DNA from: the human T2T-CHM13v2.0 reference genome, Homo sapiens
Strand: one strand, 5' to 3'
Assembly (NCBI RefSeq): GCF_009914755.1
Contig: NC_060933.1
DNA: 64,000 nt
Both the position numbers and the translations under genes were made by a program. Position 1 is the stretch's first letter, and every line of letters starts with the position of its first letter. The notes below the pieces were generated by a model. That model was not told the origin of the DNA, did not search any database, and was given only the letters and a program-made list of their open reading frames with translations. Below are positions 44,930-59,972 of this stretch, piece after piece.

Positions 44930-45174
44930 CAGATGCATTTTAAATGCTTACAGTGTACCAGAAAATGTGCTAGGACGATGGTCCCAGTATTTATGAAGGG
45001 TACAATCTTGTGGAAAATAAGTAACTAAACAAACGGTCAGGAATTGAGGCAATTTCTGTGAAGGAAAAGACAGCATTTTGTGATCGAGAAGAACAGGAGG
45101 TACCTCTGTCCCCCACTTTAGAAAGAGGGAGTAAGGAAGTGTAGGATTTGACAGGTTAGCAGAGACTAGAGCAC

Positions 45175-45400
45175 ATCTTAGGTCAGGTTCTGCAGAAGCA
45201 GACCCTGAGATGGGGATTCATGGGTGAGTCATTTATTAAGGACATGTTGCTGAGGGGGTAGGCACTAGGACAAGGGCCTGGAGCACAAAACTGAAAGAAA
45301 CACTCACTCTCAGGTCCATGCAAGAGCTGCGTTGTTGGCACGTGGGAATGAGACGTGAGGACCTCTTTACATTTTGATCCCCAGGTGCCACCTTCACCTC
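45175..45400 (-). mobile_element. ERVL LTR fragment (LTR33/LTR16 group)
   Basis: tcttaggtcaggttctgcagaagcagaccctgagatggggattc...tttattaagg. Confidence 0.55.
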
Positions 45401-45947
45401 ATCCAGACTGTGGTCCTTATTCAAAAAGTGAAAGCATGAGAAGTATGAAAAAGGTACAATGAGTAGACAAAGGCCTCCATGTGCTCCGATTCCATCTTCC
45501 ACTCCTAGCCAGGTGACAATTATTACTACTTTCTTATTTAAACTTCCGTGAAGCTTAATATGTGAAAACTAGAAAACGCTGCTAAAAGAAATAAAAGAAG
45601 AATGAATAAATGGAAAGACATCCTATCATGGATTGGAAGACTCAGTATTGTTAAGATAAGATGTCAATGTCACCCAAAGTGATCTATGGATTCAATACAA
45701 GCCCTGTCAAAATCCCAGTGACATTTTTTGCTGAAATAGAAAAATCCATCCTAAAGTTAATATGGAATCTCAAGGGACTCTGAATAGCCAAAACAATCTT
45801 TCAAAAAGGGGTGAAGTTGAAGGCCTCATACTTCCTGATTTTGAAACTTACTGCAAAGATACAGTAATCAAAACAGTATGGTACTGGCATAAAGACATAC
45901 ACATCAACCAATGGAATAGAATAGAGGTCTTAGAAATACAGTTACGT

Positions 45948-46385
<438 letters not shown>

Positions 46386-46810
46386 CTATTGCTTAGCGAC
46401 ATCATAGCCATCCTAAAGTTGTAGTGTAAGGCATTACTCACTTGTTTATGGTGATGCTGGTATAGACAAACCTACCGTGTTTTCACTCTTATAAAAGGCT
46501 ACCACATACAACTATGTACACTACATAATACTTATAATAAAAAATGATGCTACTGGTTTATGTATTTACTATACTATGCTTTTTATTTTTATTTTAGAGT
46601 GTACTCCCACTTAATAAAAAAAGTTAACTGTGAAACAGCCTCAGGCAGGCCCTTCAGGAGGTGTTCCAGCAGAAGAGATTGTTATCACAGGAGATGACAG
46701 CTCCATGCGTGTTACTGCCCCGGAAGGCCTTCCAGTGGGACAAGATGTGGAGGTGGAAGACAGTGATATTGGTGATCCTGACCCTGAGGAGGCCTCAGCT
46801 AATGTGTATG

Positions 46811-47154
46811 TGTATTAGTCCATTTTCATGCTGCTGATAAAGACATACCCGAGACTGGGCAATTTACAAAAGAAAGAGGTTTAATGGACTTACAGTTTCA
46901 CGTGGCTGGGGAGGCCTCACAAGCATAGCGGAAGTTGAAAGGCACCTCTCACATGGCGGCAGACAAGAGAAGAGAGCTTGTGCAGGGAGAATCTCGTTTT
47001 TAAAACCCTCAGATCTCGTGAGACTCACTCACTATCACCAGAACAGCACAGGAAAGACCTGCCCCCATGATTCAATTGCCTCCCACTGGGTTCCTCCCAC
47101 AACACGTGGGAATTCAAAATGAGATTTGGATGGGGACACAGCCAAGCCATATTA
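46811..47154 (-). mobile_element. THE1 (A/B-like) solo LTR
   Basis: tgtattagtccattttcatgctgctgataaagacataccc...ggggacacagccaagccatatta; TSD gtatg / atatg. Confidence 0.92.
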
Positions 47155-47242
47155 ATATGTTCATGTCTTAGTTTTTAATTAAAAAGTTTAAAAAGTAAAA
47201 AATAAATAAAAATAGAAAAAAGCTTATAGAATAAAAACATAA

Positions 47243-47628
<386 letters not shown>

Positions 47629-48823
47629 TAAAATAAAAAAGTTACAGTAGGCTAAAATTACTTTGTTATTGAATAAAGAAAAATGTTTGTATCAATATAG
47701 TGTAGCCTAAGTGTACAGTAGTTGTAAAGTGTATGGTAGTGCACAGTAGCATCCCAGGCCTTCGTATTCACGCTCCATTCACTCACTAACTTACTCACAG
47801 CAACTGCCAGTCCTGCAAGCTCCATGCATGGTAAGTCCCTTATATAGGTGCACCACTTTTTATCTTTTAAACTGTACTTTTATTGTAACTTTTCTATGTT
47901 TAGATGTGTCTAGATGCACAAAGTACTTACCATTGTACTATAGTTGCCTACAGTATTCAGTACAGCAACATGCCATATGAGTTTGTAGCCCAGGAGCAAT
48001 AGGCTACACCATCTAGCATAGGTGTGCAGTAGGCTATACCATATAGGTTTGTGTAAGTGCACTCTGTGATGTTTGCATGATGAAATCACCATGTTTCTCA
48101 GATGATATCTCCATCATTATGTGATGCATGACTGTAAATCCTTGCATGTATGGTCAAATGATTTTTGACAAGTGTCAAGACCATTCAGTGGGGAAAAGGA
48201 CAGACTTTTCAACAAATGGTACCGGGAAAATTAAATGTCTGCATCCGAAAGAGTGCAGTTGGACCCTTACCTTACACAGTATACAGAAATTAACTCAAAG
48301 TGGATCAAATACTTAAGTATTAGAGCTAAAACTATGAAACTCTTAGGAGAAAACAGGGATAAAGCTTCACAACATAGGATTTGGCAGTGATTTCCTAGAT
48401 ACAACACCAAAGACACAGAAAAAAAAAAAAAAGAAAAAATAGACAAATTAGGCTTTATCAAAATGGAAAACTTTTCTGGATCAAAGGATACTATCCCAGA
48501 ATGGGAGAAAATATTTTCAAACTATATATTTGATAAGAGGTTAATATCCAGAATATATAAAGAGCTCTCAGAACTCAATGACAGGAAAAAAAAAACAATT
48601 TAAAACTCAGCAAAGAACATGAATAGGCATCTCTCCTAAGAAAACACACAGATGGCCAAGAAGCACGTGAAAGGATGCTCACCATCATTGGTGATTAGGG
48701 AAATGCAAAATAAAACCACAATGAGATACCACTTCACACCCACTAGGGTGGTTATCATTTTTTAAAAAACCCAGAAAATAACCTCAATATTGGTGAGGAT
48801 GTGAAGAAGGTGGACTCATTTAA

Positions 48824-49119
<296 letters not shown>

Positions 49120-49559
49120 TAATTTAATTTTTTGAGGAACTGCTGTACTGTTTTCCACAGCAGCTATACCATATTTCACATTCCCTTGTGCACTGATGGT
49201 GGGAATGTAAATTTTTTCCTCAAAAAATTAAACGTAGAATTAATTACCATATGATCCAGCAATCCCCGCTTCTGGGCCTATGCCTAAAAGAAATGAAAGC
49301 AGGCACTCAAACAGATATTTGTATACCAACGTTCATAGCAATATTATTCACAGTAGCCAAAAGGTGGACTCTGAGGAGGGCCACCCTAGCATCCTCTGGC
49401 CCTCTAACCAGCCCACTGAGTCTCAAATGTGCCCTCTGCCTCCCCAAATGGGACCAGTGGGGAACACAGTACCCATGGCAGTACCCATGGCAAGTGCCCA
49501 TCAGTACCAGTTGTTAAATAGTTTGAATATCACACCTGATATCAAGATTTTTTTTGAGG

Positions 49560-50130
49560 TAGTAGCAACAGATACTTAATTGAAGGTAGGGAGTGGGGTC
49601 AAAGGACAAAATCAACAATGACTTTTGGGTTTGGCTCAAACAGCTTGGCAGATGGCAGTGCCATTTTATGTGTTGGCAAACTCTAAGGAAGAACAGGCTT
49701 CCTAGGGAGCAGGAGAAGTCATGAGTTCAGTTGGGACATGTTAAGTTTCGGATGAAGAGGAGACTCCAAATAACCTGTAAAAGGCTGCTGGACTTATGAG
49801 TCTGGAGGTCAGAGGAGGGTTTTGAGCTGATTAATACTGGGGAATTGTTACCACCTAGAAGGTATTTAGAGCCATAGGGATAGAGGTGGTCACATCAGGG
49901 AGAGAGTGTAGAAAGAATAGAAGAACCAGGGTCTGGGAGTGAGCAGCCCACCGGAGCTCCAGTGTTTAGAGATCAGGCGCAGGAAGGTAAGCGCACCAAA
50001 GAAATCCAGATTCAGGCCCCAGGAAGGTAGGAAAAAAGGCGGGAGGGAATCCCCTCCCAGAAGCCAGGAGAGAAACATGTTTCTAGAGAAGGAATACTTA
50101 GTTGCATTGAATGCTGCTGAGAATAGGGTT
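49560..50130 (-). mobile_element. L2 fragment
   Basis: cagatggcagtgccattt...gagttcagttgggacatgttaagttt...gagtctggaggtcagaggag. Confidence 0.7.
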
Positions 50131-51989
50131 TAAAGGGTATAGGCTTTGAAAGCTTTAGACTTTTTTCATAATTTAGAAGATTTTGACTATTGTTAGGCTC
50201 AAAAATTTTCATTATGGAGAGGAAACCTGGAGCTCTTGCTAGCTAATATGATCAAAAGGCATAGCCCACTTATTGTGGGCCAATGATTGGCCCAAGAGAG
50301 TGACTCAGAAGATGTGGATCAACAAATGAATAAAATTGGTTTACTAAGAAAAAATGATTCTGATACCCTTGGGAAAGCCAAATAGCTCTGACCAGTTTCC
50401 CTTGGAGCTAAATACTCATATTTGCCATGTAAAACGTGAATATGTTAGAGAACTAAGGAAACCTATTGGCAGAATGTGCTGGTTATGTAAACAGCTCTTT
50501 CATCTCAACCTCTGCCAAACAAGTGAGACCTCATGCCAAAATGTTTTCAATATTTAAAAACGTGTTTTTTTAAAAAAAATATTTTAAGTATTATAAGGGT
50601 TGCTCTATGCAGAGCTGAAGTGTGGGGTTGCCTTTTCAAGCATCTTCTCTGTAGATAGAAATACATCCTCAAGCTAACAAGTTTCACTGTGGTGTTTTCT
50701 TTGCTTAAAATTTTCCATTAAAGAATGGAAAATTGACAGAGAAAAAAGCATTCAAGGAGATTTTTGTTGTAAAGGGATAAGCCAAATACAGTTTCTACTC
50801 TTAATGTCAAATGTACAGGATCTCCAGAAGTTTACATATATTTATACATACACTTATTACATTAATAATGCAAATGCTTGCTTAAATGAAGAATCATTGC
50901 TGCATTTCTGCGTGTGTTTGGGAATATCTGGCCAAAGGACACTAGTCACTTTGTGATAGAATGGCTCAAGAGTCTATGTTGGCCTTGGGACCCTGTTGGG
51001 TTCTGCCTGATTTTAGATAGGACTTGGAGATTCATTCCCTTCCTTAATTCTATTGCCATGTGACTTATGTGACATGTCTGGAGATGGTTATGTGTGATCT
51101 GTGGGAAGATGAAGAATGATTGCAGTTTGCAGTGTATAAGGACTCATGTAAATAGCATTAACTCAGAAACTAAAACAGAACAATAACTTGAAATTATCAC
51201 ACAGCGTTAGCCTATTAGTGAAAAATGACTTATGTCATAGGGAATTGTCTCAAGACATTTTAAAATTTCCAGCTTTTACATCAAATTTAATTCCAAACTA
51301 GACATGAGATGCAAAACTTTGTGATCTAGTAGAAAACAATATACGAAAAGAAAATCAAGGATTACAATGATCTTTCTGTTGGAATGTGTTAGGGCTTGCT
51401 ATGCGTCATTCAAAAGGAGCTAATAAGAAAATGATCCATTCAATTTGAGGAATGAGGACAGGCCATAAACAGGAAAAGAAATCCTGAGGTCAAAAGTGAG
51501 GATGTGTGAAGCAGGTGGGAGAGTGGCTCCAGATGGATGGGGAAGAATGGATAGGCACCCGTGCTTGGCCTAGGTGTTAAGAAGAGAAGGGTTTTTTTAT
51601 TTGAAACTGACAGTGGAGCATGGAATAGGGATTCCTGGGGTAAAGGACATGGACAGGACTAGGTAGATTTTAATTGACAATTATCTTTCAAATGTGTGGT
51701 ATTTGGGAGGCACCAATAAGTCAAGACATAGTTTACCAGCACTGAGTATTGTCTTTTAAAAAAGATGCTAAACTGGCAGTTAAAAATGGCTTTTAAAGGT
51801 TCCCTAGGGTTCCAATGTGGTCTTGAGTGTGGGGTTCCTATTGATGGACTTTTGGATGTTTCCAATGTTTTCAGCTGTAAAAACCATGTAGTGATGAACA
51901 TTACTTTGTTCTTACACATACACTATCTCAGACCTGTCGGGTCACCTTCAGGTAAATCTCTAGAGGGTGGATGGCTGGAATTAACAGTA

Positions 51990-52984
<995 letters not shown>

Positions 52985-53329
52985 TGTTCAGATAGGTGTG
53001 TAATTGGTATGACATTTATATTTTATATACATTATTAGATTATCTTCCAGAAATGTCATACTGATGACACTCCTATCATCAGTAAATGAGATCTTAAAGG
53101 ACAAGAGTTTGTTGATTTATGTATACCTTATCTGGTATGAGCTTTTTATACAGTCAAGTTATAAAATCACTATTATATTTATCCTGCAAATGTTTCACTG
53201 TGTTGGTTTTTGGCTTTTAATATTTTGATTTTTACAAGTTTCAACTCTTTCAAATCTGTTAATTCAAAACATTTTGTCATTTTTTCTATTGTTTTTCAAT
53301 TACAAAGTCCTTCTTCTCACAAGACACTT

Positions 53330-53480
53330 AAACCATTGACTTATTGGTTCATTCATTAGACATTTATTGAACACCAACAAAATGCTGGGTACCATTCTTG
53401 GCACTGTGGGTCTGTCAAGTGAACAACAACAAAAATTCCTGCCTTCAAGAAGCTCATATTTTAGTAGAATAACTAGAATA
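53330..53480 (-). mobile_element. L2 3' fragment
   Basis: ttcattcattagacatttattgaacacc...ttcctgccttcaagaagctcatattttag. Confidence 0.7.
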
Positions 53481-54235
53481 AATACTTTAAGGCATCTCAA
53501 ATCCTTTTTATTTGCATTTTTCCTAGTTTTAAAAGCTTTATCTATCTAGCATTTATTTTGGTAAATCATATAAGAAAACAAGCCAAATTGACTTTTCCCC
53601 CAGATTGCTAACCGACTGTTATGACATTTATTAAATACTCCCTTCATTCCCCATTTGATTTGTGATGCTCACTTTATTACATATTTTACTGAGAAAATGA
53701 CCCTACTTTAACCTTCAATATGTAATAACACAAAGCAGGGTTATTATTAAATTGTGAAATACTATTGCTGTTTCATTCAAATGCCAGAAATTTTGAATTA
53801 TAAATGTTTATTGTGTCATCCACTGCTATTTTATTGTATTCCAGGGATACTATTATTCTTCTTAGAGAACAGCCCAATTTTATCATAGACATCGATAGTA
53901 AAATAGGATTTGCTTCAGATAACTACCTCAAGATAGTTTCTTGGAGTACTGTTCCATGAGTGAGAGACCTGCCCATACCTTGATAGTATAGCACACCCTT
54001 TTCCCCCTAAGGATGTAGGCAGCCATATCTGTTATATATTCAGCATTATTCCTGAATCAACAGTTAAATTATTTTTATTAATTGGTAGGATTACTAAACT
54101 AGTAATGATAATACTTTTTCCAATCAATCTCATGATCTGTCTGTGTTGATTGATATTCTCTTATGCATCCATCTATTCTACCATGCATCCTTCCCTTACT
54201 TCCAAGAAGAATTTAAAGCTGTCTTGACATATTAC

Positions 54236-54436
54236 CATAGTTTTTTGAATTGTAGTTTGTATGCATTTGCATAAGAATAACCCCAGGTGCTCTTCCAAAA
54301 TGCAGAGTTTTGAGTCCCACTATGAACTCACTAAATTGAAATCTGTACTGAGTGGGGCCTGGGCACCTGTATTTTTAACAGCAGCACCACCTCTTCTTCA
54401 TAATTCTGATGCAGCCTGAAGTTAGAGAACGACTAG
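54236..54436. mobile_element. MER5-type hAT MITE
   Basis: gcataagaataacc...aaaatgcaga...ggggcctgggcacctgtatttttaaca...attctgatgcagcctgaagttagagaac. Confidence 0.7.
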
Positions 54437-54775
54437 AGAATATTGGGATGCTGGAGTGTAGAAACTTGATCTTTCCACCAAGCAATTAATCTACAGGGAA
54501 CACAGCAGTTGTGCTAATTCTGTGGCCACTTTTTCAACCCACTTGCTGTTTTTTATTACTGGGAGTCATGCAAAAAATGTTGCCCACACTTAAATGTTAT
54601 TACAGAGCTTTAGAAATTCCTTCATCCCAATCCAATGATTTTTCCTCTACGGAAAGAAATAATGTAGGGAAGGAAGCCATCTGAAGAGCAACACATCTAT
54701 TTCTCAAGGCAAGTTTTGGAGGAAATTGTCAGATCTTTTCAAAACCAACGCTTTTGCCCTAAAAGCAAAGGATGA

Positions 54776-55082
<307 letters not shown>

Positions 55083-55334
55083 GTAAACGTGTATCTTTTC
55101 GAGCCACCTAATTCTACTGAAAGGAACCCCAATATATGTGCATTCTATGAGGGGCAGTAGGGATAGTCGAGCCTTTTCCTAACTCATAGGGTAAGAATCA
55201 CCTGAGGGTAAATCAGAGTTACAGATTCCAGGGCTCTGCTGCAAAGATACTGAGTAGGAATCTCCAGAGAAGTGAATGGAGAATCTGGACTTCAAATGTC
55301 TTGGACGATTCTTTGGCTTAGGAAGGTTTGCTTT

Positions 55335-55525
55335 CAGAGGCAGATTTACCTGGGTTTAAATTCTTGCTCTGTCACTTTAGCTCCATGATCCTTGAGCCTC
55401 AGTTTCTCCATTTGTAAAACTAAGATGCTTCTTTACTCAGGGAACTCGTAAGAATTACATAAACATATTAAGTTCAGCTGCCAGCACAGTTCCTAGCATG
55501 TAGTCAGAGCTTAATTATTATTACT
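55335..55525 (+). mobile_element. MIR SINE
   Basis: cctgggtttaaattcttgctctgtcact...gagcctcagtttctccatttgtaaaa. Confidence 0.7.
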
Positions 55526-55679
55526 TCCTATCCAACTCTCCTTTAGAACAATTGTGTTTGTTCAAATCCTACCAAGCTTTTAAGGCACTTATGCTTGCCT
55601 GTTATGCAAATAAACCAGACTGGCATGCTGGGAAGGAAGTATACAGCAAATGGGAGAGGAAAATCCTCCCTATAGATGC

Positions 55680-55870
55680 AAACTCTGTTTCTCAAACTGT
55701 GATCTATGTATCTGAATCACCTATGGCTCACTTTAAAAATAAATAAAATCAATAGACTCCTGGCTTTCACTCCTTACTCATTGAATCAGAAACTCTAGAA
55801 GTAGGGACCATGATCAGCTTTTTAAACAAGTATTCTCAGTAATCCTTACAAATCCTAAAGTAGGGCTTTT
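55680..55870. mobile_element. MER5-type MITE
   Basis: gtttctcaaactgtg...gtatctgaatcacct...tgaatcagaaactcta...tttaaacaag. Confidence 0.6.
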
Positions 55871-57239
55871 AACATTCAGAAGGACCTCATTCCAGAGAGA
55901 GCCCCGAATTGGTCTCTGACATCCAAATGTCAGTGCCATAATCAGACTCATTTCTCAGCGTCCTTCCTGTTAGTCTGCTTTGTTACTCTGGCTCCACTGC
56001 CCTTGAATGTTCAAGAGAGGCAGTTGTTCCCTCCAGCTGGAGCGGAAAAGTAATTTGATCCCGCATTTCCTGCTATGCCTTCTGGTCTCCACAACCTTCT
56101 TTCATGGTCTCCCTGCACCCCTCTCAGTTGGCAGGGAGGGCCATGACGTGTGCGCAACTGTTCAGTTGTGTCATCTTAGGTTGACATTGGTCCTTCTGGG
56201 ACCATTGGCCAAGAAGACCACCTTTGTTGAAAAGTTGACTAAGCAACATGATCCCTAAAACAAAATACAGAGAGTACAGCATGTCCTGAGGGCTGCTTCG
56301 TGGAAGTGACAGGTGGTGACTGGATGGAGCCCAGAGATGTCTGAGTATTCAAAGAACAAGTGCCAAATTTTTGTCCCTTCTAGCTTCTCCATTTTCCAAT
56401 GACAATCTCAGTGTCTGAACACAGGGAGCACCTCAGATTCTAGTTTTGTTCTAATGCAGGGGTGCTCAGCCTATCTGGCAATGGTCTTCTGGAATCCCTG
56501 TTGGTTTGAAAACAGGCTCCTATGCCTATGCTCTGGCCAATAGCTGAGAGCAGGTTCAGGCTCAGAGATGGAGCTTTGCCTTTTCCATGGAAGTGTATAT
56601 TGCTAGGTGTTTAAGGAAGCCTTGTGGGGAGTTTGCTAAGAGAGATCAAAGTGGGAGAGGGGCCAAGCTTCTTGGGACTCAGGGCTGAGCCTGAAGTTAA
56701 TGCTCAGGTTTACACTTCTAAGAGAGTACAAGGGGTTTAAAGGAAGAGAAGGTTCTGCCCTTGTCTGTATTCACAGGTCCCTCTCTCCCTACGCTCTTCA
56801 AGTGGAGACAGTGATGCATGTCAAACAAAATTGGAATAGTATATTAGTATTCCTTTCTTCCTGGCTTTTAATTAAAGGGATCTATGGTGGATCACTATTA
56901 TTAAGTCAGGTCTCTATGGCCAGAATGATTCACACAGCTGAAAACACACAAACAAACAAAACCAAAAACCAAACAATGTTCCCCCTTGCCAAACTGATTT
57001 CAGCTGGCCCTCTATGCTGCTCCTCTTTTTTTGGTAACAGTTTCTCCAATGACAATGACTCTCTTATCCAAGAAACACATGTTCTCAAGTCAAATGCTCC
57101 AATAAGCTGATGATCCAAGCTTCCTGTGAGTGATTTTGGGGCATGAGAAATGCATTGTCCAAGCATCACCCATTGATGCAGCTGGAGATTTAGCAAGTTT
57201 GCCCTAGAAAGTTGTCAAGGAAATCTCAGATGAAGATGG

Positions 57240-57632
57240 TGTTGCAGGTTGAGTTTCCTAGGATGTGGATTTTTGTGATGGAGTTTGGTGTGTGGGAAGT
57301 TTATCTAGGAGTGTCCCTTGGAAGGGAAATGTCATAGAAAGGAAGAGGAATCAGTAGTAGGCAGAATACAGGCCGATGGCTGTCTTAGTTGACTTCATGG
57401 CAGCTCTGGAGCTAGGATGGCTCTTCAGAGTTGGCCCGACTTGGGCTAAGATAGAACAGCAATCAGATATGGGCTGCCCCAGGAAGGGGCATAACCTCAG
57501 ACAAAGTGGCTATCTGCAGCTGAGGCAGTCCTAGGAAGGGGCTGACAGTGAAGATTTATGCCAGTAGCACTCCCAATGGCTGAGATTCATTCTGTAAAGG
57601 GGGCCTGGTTGGGGCATCCTTATGCCCAACAC
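57240..57632 (-). mobile_element. LTR33-like ERVL LTR
   Basis: gctctggagctaggatggctcttcagagttggccc...gatatgggctgccccaggaagggg...ctgcagctgaggcagtcc. Confidence 0.65.
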
Positions 57633-57972
57633 AGATGGTGCTCCACGTGCCAATGACACATTCCCATGAGAAACACGTGGGTGATTTTGCATCACTCACC
57701 ACTCTCCATTGGGGATTATCCTCTTATCTCTTTCTTGTTCTTATCTTCTTTAGCTCTGTATCTTATTCTATTTCCTTTCTTCCAAGATAATTCTTTACCT
57801 CTAGCTTCTAGCTATGAGAACGCGGAACCATTACCATATGTGTTAGCATTCAGTGGCTTCATCCATATTGGACACTGGCTTGAAGGTTGGCTTTTAAGCA
57901 CCGATCTGAACCTTTCTGAAGTTTTGGAGCCCGATCTGAACCTCCTCATTCTTCTTTATGGCCGCAGGAGTA

Positions 57973-58328
57973 CAGATGTTCCCCGACTTACGATGGTTCT
58001 GCTTACAATTTTTTGACTTTACAGTGGTGTGAAAACAATATACATCCAGTAGAAACCCTACTTCAGATACCAATACTGGAAGTTTTTCACTTTCAGTATG
58101 GTGTTCAATAAATTACATGAGAGGCTGAACACTTTGTTTTAAAGTAGGCTTTGTGCTAGAAGATTTTGCCCAACTATAGGCTAATGTAAGTGTTCTGAAT
58201 GCATTTAAGGTAGGCTAGCTCTGATGATCGGTAGGTTAGGTGTATTAAAAGCATTTTCAGTTCATGACGTTTTCAATTTATGCTGGGTTTATCGGGATGT
58301 AACCCCATCATAAGTCAAGGAACATTTG
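57973..58328 (-). mobile_element. MER47A Tigger-type MITE
   Basis: TIRs cagatgttccccgacttacgatgg / ccatcataagtcaaggaacatttg; preceded by TA. Confidence 0.85.
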
Positions 58329-58764
58329 TGTACTGCATCTGTGCCTTCCTCTGATAAAGTTCATTATGCTCTCAGCATATTTCAATCTCCTTCTACAAAA
58401 AGAGAACACAAAAAACTAGCTTGGATTTTAAATAAGGCAGAAACCCAGAGGCCACATTCTGTCCTTGATGCTTAGCTTTGCACCATTCCCTGGAGAAAGC
58501 TCTTATGTCTTTTAGGTTCTGTTGGGATGCTTCTTTACACATGCTTACATGGCCTTGTTCCCAGTCTTTGCCCCTTCAAAAAATGAGCTGGCTGTTCATT
58601 AAGAGTCATGCAGCTGAGCTCATACCCATGAATTTTTCAGGGTATATTACTGAGTGTCCTTTAATCCCTAAGACTTGTAGATCTTGGAGGGCTGGATCTC
58701 TGAACAGAGAGGCCCAGGTTCCCATCCCTGTAGCATCAGCAATGACAGCTGCTTCCCATTTGCT

Positions 58765-58877
58765 GCTTAGATTCAGCTGAAACTCATCGGAAATCAGATC
58801 TGATGGTGGCCTCAGTTCTGATGACTACACTAACTTCATCCGATCAGATTTCCAGTGAGTCAGGCTGGTTGCTGAGC
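58765..58877. repeat. Imperfect inverted repeat / hairpin (possibly an ancient palindromic MITE, MER135-like)
   Basis: ggaaatcagatctgatg (58789-58805) matches the reverse complement of catccgatcagatttcc (58837-58853) at 15/17; pairing extends outward. Confidence 0.75.
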
Positions 58878-59972
58878 CCTTTGTCCTGTTGTTTCCTTTA
58901 GACTAGCTTGGGTTGGTGGTGCTTCATGAATAATCCATGCACATTAACCAGCTGCATGCATAAAGGCATTTCCACTGTGTCTTTGCCATGAAATTTTATG
59001 TGGTTCTGATGTAATTCATAAATAACCAAGAAGAGCCAGACCCTGACTTAAAGTATCTAGAAACCTTAGAGAATCCTTTCAGGTTTCCCAAGAGAACGCA
59101 TGGTAGTAACTTATCTCTAAATGGTTATAACAGGGATATTTTCCCTGGAGAGTTTTTAATGTCACTGTTGGCTGTATTGCAGGGACAAGGAATATATGGA
59201 AATGAAGATAACTTCTCAAAGTGTTTGAAACAAACTTTTATTTCAGTTTCTGGGGTTCTTTTTGGTTTTGGCTATTGCCTTAATCACCAAGTGGTGTGGG
59301 TTAAAACAAAAGCCATAATTAAATTGAACGCAATTTGGGGAAAAAACGTTGGGCAACTCTTTGCTTAAACAGAAGCAGGTGGTACTGGAATGCTTAATGG
59401 AAGTGAGCTGTGAGGAGGGAATGCAGATTTTTTTTTTTTCATTGAAAACAGTTAAAAATACTTGTGGTCTTTTATGCCAGGCTATGATCAAGATTTTATA
59501 TATATCTGTGTGTATCTCCCAGTTTCAGGAAAACTGTGATGGAAATGCAATATAGTTTGAATTAGAGAGTGGTCTTTTGTGGTAAGAGAGGATGGGATTT
59601 TGTATGTGTGTGTGGTGTTTATTTCCATGGTTGTTTTAAGTAAAGATGTTCTCCTATTCTAGTAAAGATGTGATTTCACTTATACTCCATTCAGGAACTC
59701 ATCTGTAGAGTAAAGCAATATGTTTTACATAGCTAGCTTTCATAAATGGAACGAAGGATGGATAGGAGGATGTGGCCATGACCCCACTTGCTGCGGGGGA
59801 TGAGAGAGCCAATCTTGTTGACAAGGCAGGCATCCTATTCTTCTCTAATTGCTCAAGAGTTTTCCTTTCAGAGACTGTTAAATGAAACTTTCCCAGTAGA
59901 GAAACATGTCTTCAGGCTCAGGAATTAAGATGGGGCCACAGCCCAATTGTGAAATGCCAATTTCCCTACAAA

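Noticed and set aside
44327-45028. GE/GK/RKEG and PSFL repeat peptides (likewise poly-G/R/P ORFs at 63293-63534)
   Set aside because: Translations of simple repeats.
46630-46818. Acidic 62-aa ORF (DVEVEDSDIGDPDPEE)
   Set aside because: Lies inside Tigger3b; a transposon remnant, not a host exon.
49467-49490. 12-bp tandem duplication CAGTACCCATGG (also ccgatctgaacct at 57901 and 57931)
   Set aside because: Two-copy slippage products; not an array and no functional context.
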